A stretch of DNA of 64,000 bases from an uncultured Gaiellaceae bacterium. GTDB lineage: Bacteria > Actinomycetota > Thermoleophilia > Gaiellales > Gaiellaceae. Positions 59,028 through 64,000 of this stretch are shown piece by piece (position 1 is the first letter of the stretch; each line of letters opens with the position of its first letter). The notes under the pieces are model-generated. The model searched no databases. It saw only the letters and a list, made by a program, of their open reading frames with translations, and had not been told where the DNA came from. The translations under genes and the position numbers were made by a program. The stretch is from NCBI GenBank assembly GCA_963737455.1, contig CAVTSN010000021.1, positions 32,304 to 96,303 of the forward strand. The letters are read 5' to 3'.

Positions 59028-59306
59028 CTACTGCAGAGCTTGAGCGCGCAGCGTCGAGCAGCAGCGCGCGGACGCCCGCGAGCTCCTGATCTGCCGCGTC
59101 GAGGCGGCCGGAGAGCACCGCAGCTTGCGCTGATCGGCCCGCCCGTTGGAGCGGACGAGCGAGCGCAGCTCCCGCTCGAGCCGGAGCCGGTCGCGCTCGA
59201 GCACGAGCGCGTAGGCGTAGCCGCTCGTCAGCGTGTCCTCGACGTCGGCACGCGGCGGCAGCTCGGTGCCCGCAGGCAGGTCGAGCAGCGACCGGATCTC
59301 GGCCAT
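59028..59306 (-). CDS. small hypothetical coiled-coil protein (possibly frame-disrupted near its 3' end)
   Basis: MAEIRSLLDLPAGTELPPRADVEDTLTSGYAYALVLERDRLRLERELRSLVRSNGRADQRKL, followed by a Cys/Ser/Arg-rich tail that looks off-frame. The adjacent frame reads VLSGRLDAADQELAGVRALLLDAAR. Confidence 0.35.
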   Translation of the reverse strand: MAEIRSLLDLPAGTELPPRADVEDTLTSGYAYALVLERDRLRLERELRSLVRSNGRADQRKLRCSPAASTRQIRSSRASARCCSTLRAQALQ

Positions 59307-59366
59307 CACCCCGGGGAGGCGGTCGTCCACAGCACTTCGATTATCAGCCGCGGGACCACGCTGGGC

Positions 59367-63272
<3,906 letters not shown>

Positions 63273-63295
63273 GCGCTCGATCGTAGCTAGCGGGT

Positions 63296-64000
63296 TCAGT
63301 AGTCCACGCGCTCGAGGTAGAGGCCCCACGGCGGCGCCGTCATCCCCGCCTCCGCTCGCGGCCGTCCCTCCAGCAACGGCGCCAGCTCGCGTCCCTCGAG
63401 CATCGTCCCGACGAGGGTCCGCACCATGTGCCGCAGGAAGCCCTCGGCCGCGATCGTGAAGTGGAGCTCCTCGCCGTGGTCCTCCCAGACGGCGCTGAGG
63501 ACGGTGCGCGTGAGGATCCGGTGCTGCGTCTCGGTGGGCGTGAACGCCGTGAAGTCGTGCTTCCCCGGGATGAGTGCAGCCGCCGACTCGAGCGCGTCGA
63601 GGTCCAGCGGTCGCGGCCACCAGAGCGCGCGCCGGTCGGCGAAGGGTGAGCGGATCCGGCGGCGCAGGATGCGGTATCGGTACGCGCGCGACCGGGCCGC
63701 GAAGCGCGCGCTGAAACCGTCTGCAGCAGGCTCGACCCCGGTCACGGCCATGTCGGCCGGCAGCACCGCATTGAGAGCCTCGGTGGCGCGCTCCGGCGGC
63801 GGGCCGCCGGCGGCCACGAGCGACGCCACCTGCGCGGACGCGTGCACACCGGTGTCCGTACGCCCGGCGACGGCGAGATCGCTCCAGCTCGCGTAGACCG
63901 CGTCCAGCGCCTCGCGGAGCGTTCCCTCCACCGTCCGCTCGCCGGGCTGACGCGCCCAGCCGCGGAAGCCGTTGCCGTCGTACTCGAGGGTCAGCTTCAG
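63296..64000 (-). CDS. truA: tRNA pseudouridine(38-40) synthase TruA (5' end outside window)
   Basis: [31 protein letters not shown] (catalytic Asp)..[23 protein letters not shown]. The ORF runs off the right edge. Confidence 0.93.
   Translation of the reverse strand: MKLTLEYDGNGFRGWARQPGERTVEGTLREALDAVYASWSDLAVAGRTDTGVHASAQVASLVAAGGPPPERATEALNAVLPADMAVTGVEPAADGFSARFAARSRAYRYRILRRRIRSPFADRRALWWPRPLDLDALESAAALIPGKHDFTAFTPTETQHRILTRTVLSAVWEDHGEELHFTIAAEGFLRHMVRTLVGTMLEGRELAPLLEGRPRAEAGMTAPPWGLYLERVDY

Overview
Very GC-rich chromosomal window, by eye about 70% (not computed), with an actinobacterial-type gene order that looks Thermoleophilia/Rubrobacteria-like. The backbone is conserved housekeeping synteny: clpC-lysS-greA, dus, coaX, folK-folB-folP, ftsH-hpt-tilS, deoD, ligA-truA and one tRNA-Pro(CGG). 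Interspersed are four groups of genes. (1) A MoxR/DUF58/DUF4129 operon. (2) Acyl-CoA metabolism genes: three acyl-CoA dehydrogenases, an SDR, a CaiB-type CoA-transferase, a thioesterase and a FadD-type ligase. (3) A rich set of cell-wall enzymes: a VanW/G5 protein, an Amidase_2 with Ig-like repeats, a GH3 NagZ-like protein, an NlpC/P60 protein, a 3D-domain protein and PBP4. (4) An accessory stretch at about 40-52 kb holding two AlkZ/YcaQ-like genes, a ParB-like nuclease-domain protein, a PAS-LuxR regulator, a collagen-like protein, cupins and Ku. I saw no transposase, integrase, rRNA or CRISPR array. The long Arg/Ala/Pro-rich ORFs in the track are antisense or off-frame shadows of real genes. 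The most notable observations follow. (a) At least a dozen 1-nt reading-frame breaks fall only in accessory genes, while all core genes are intact. (b) A bona fide lysyl-oxidase catalytic domain is fused to a TolB-like propeller and sits under an apparent TetR operator, with a Lys-containing collagen-like (GXY) protein about 8 kb away. (c) A shared palindromic operator motif links the tetR locus to a distant acyl-CoA dehydrogenase promoter. (d) There are small REP-like hairpin families and a strongly structured intergenic element inside the DUF2469-coaX operon. (e) Two divergent, paralogous coiled-coil cell-wall hydrolases share a long leader region. (f) Several genes have conserved N-termini that lie upstream of any canonical start codon. 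I found no convincing complete new system; everything in Part 2 is a hypothesis to test.
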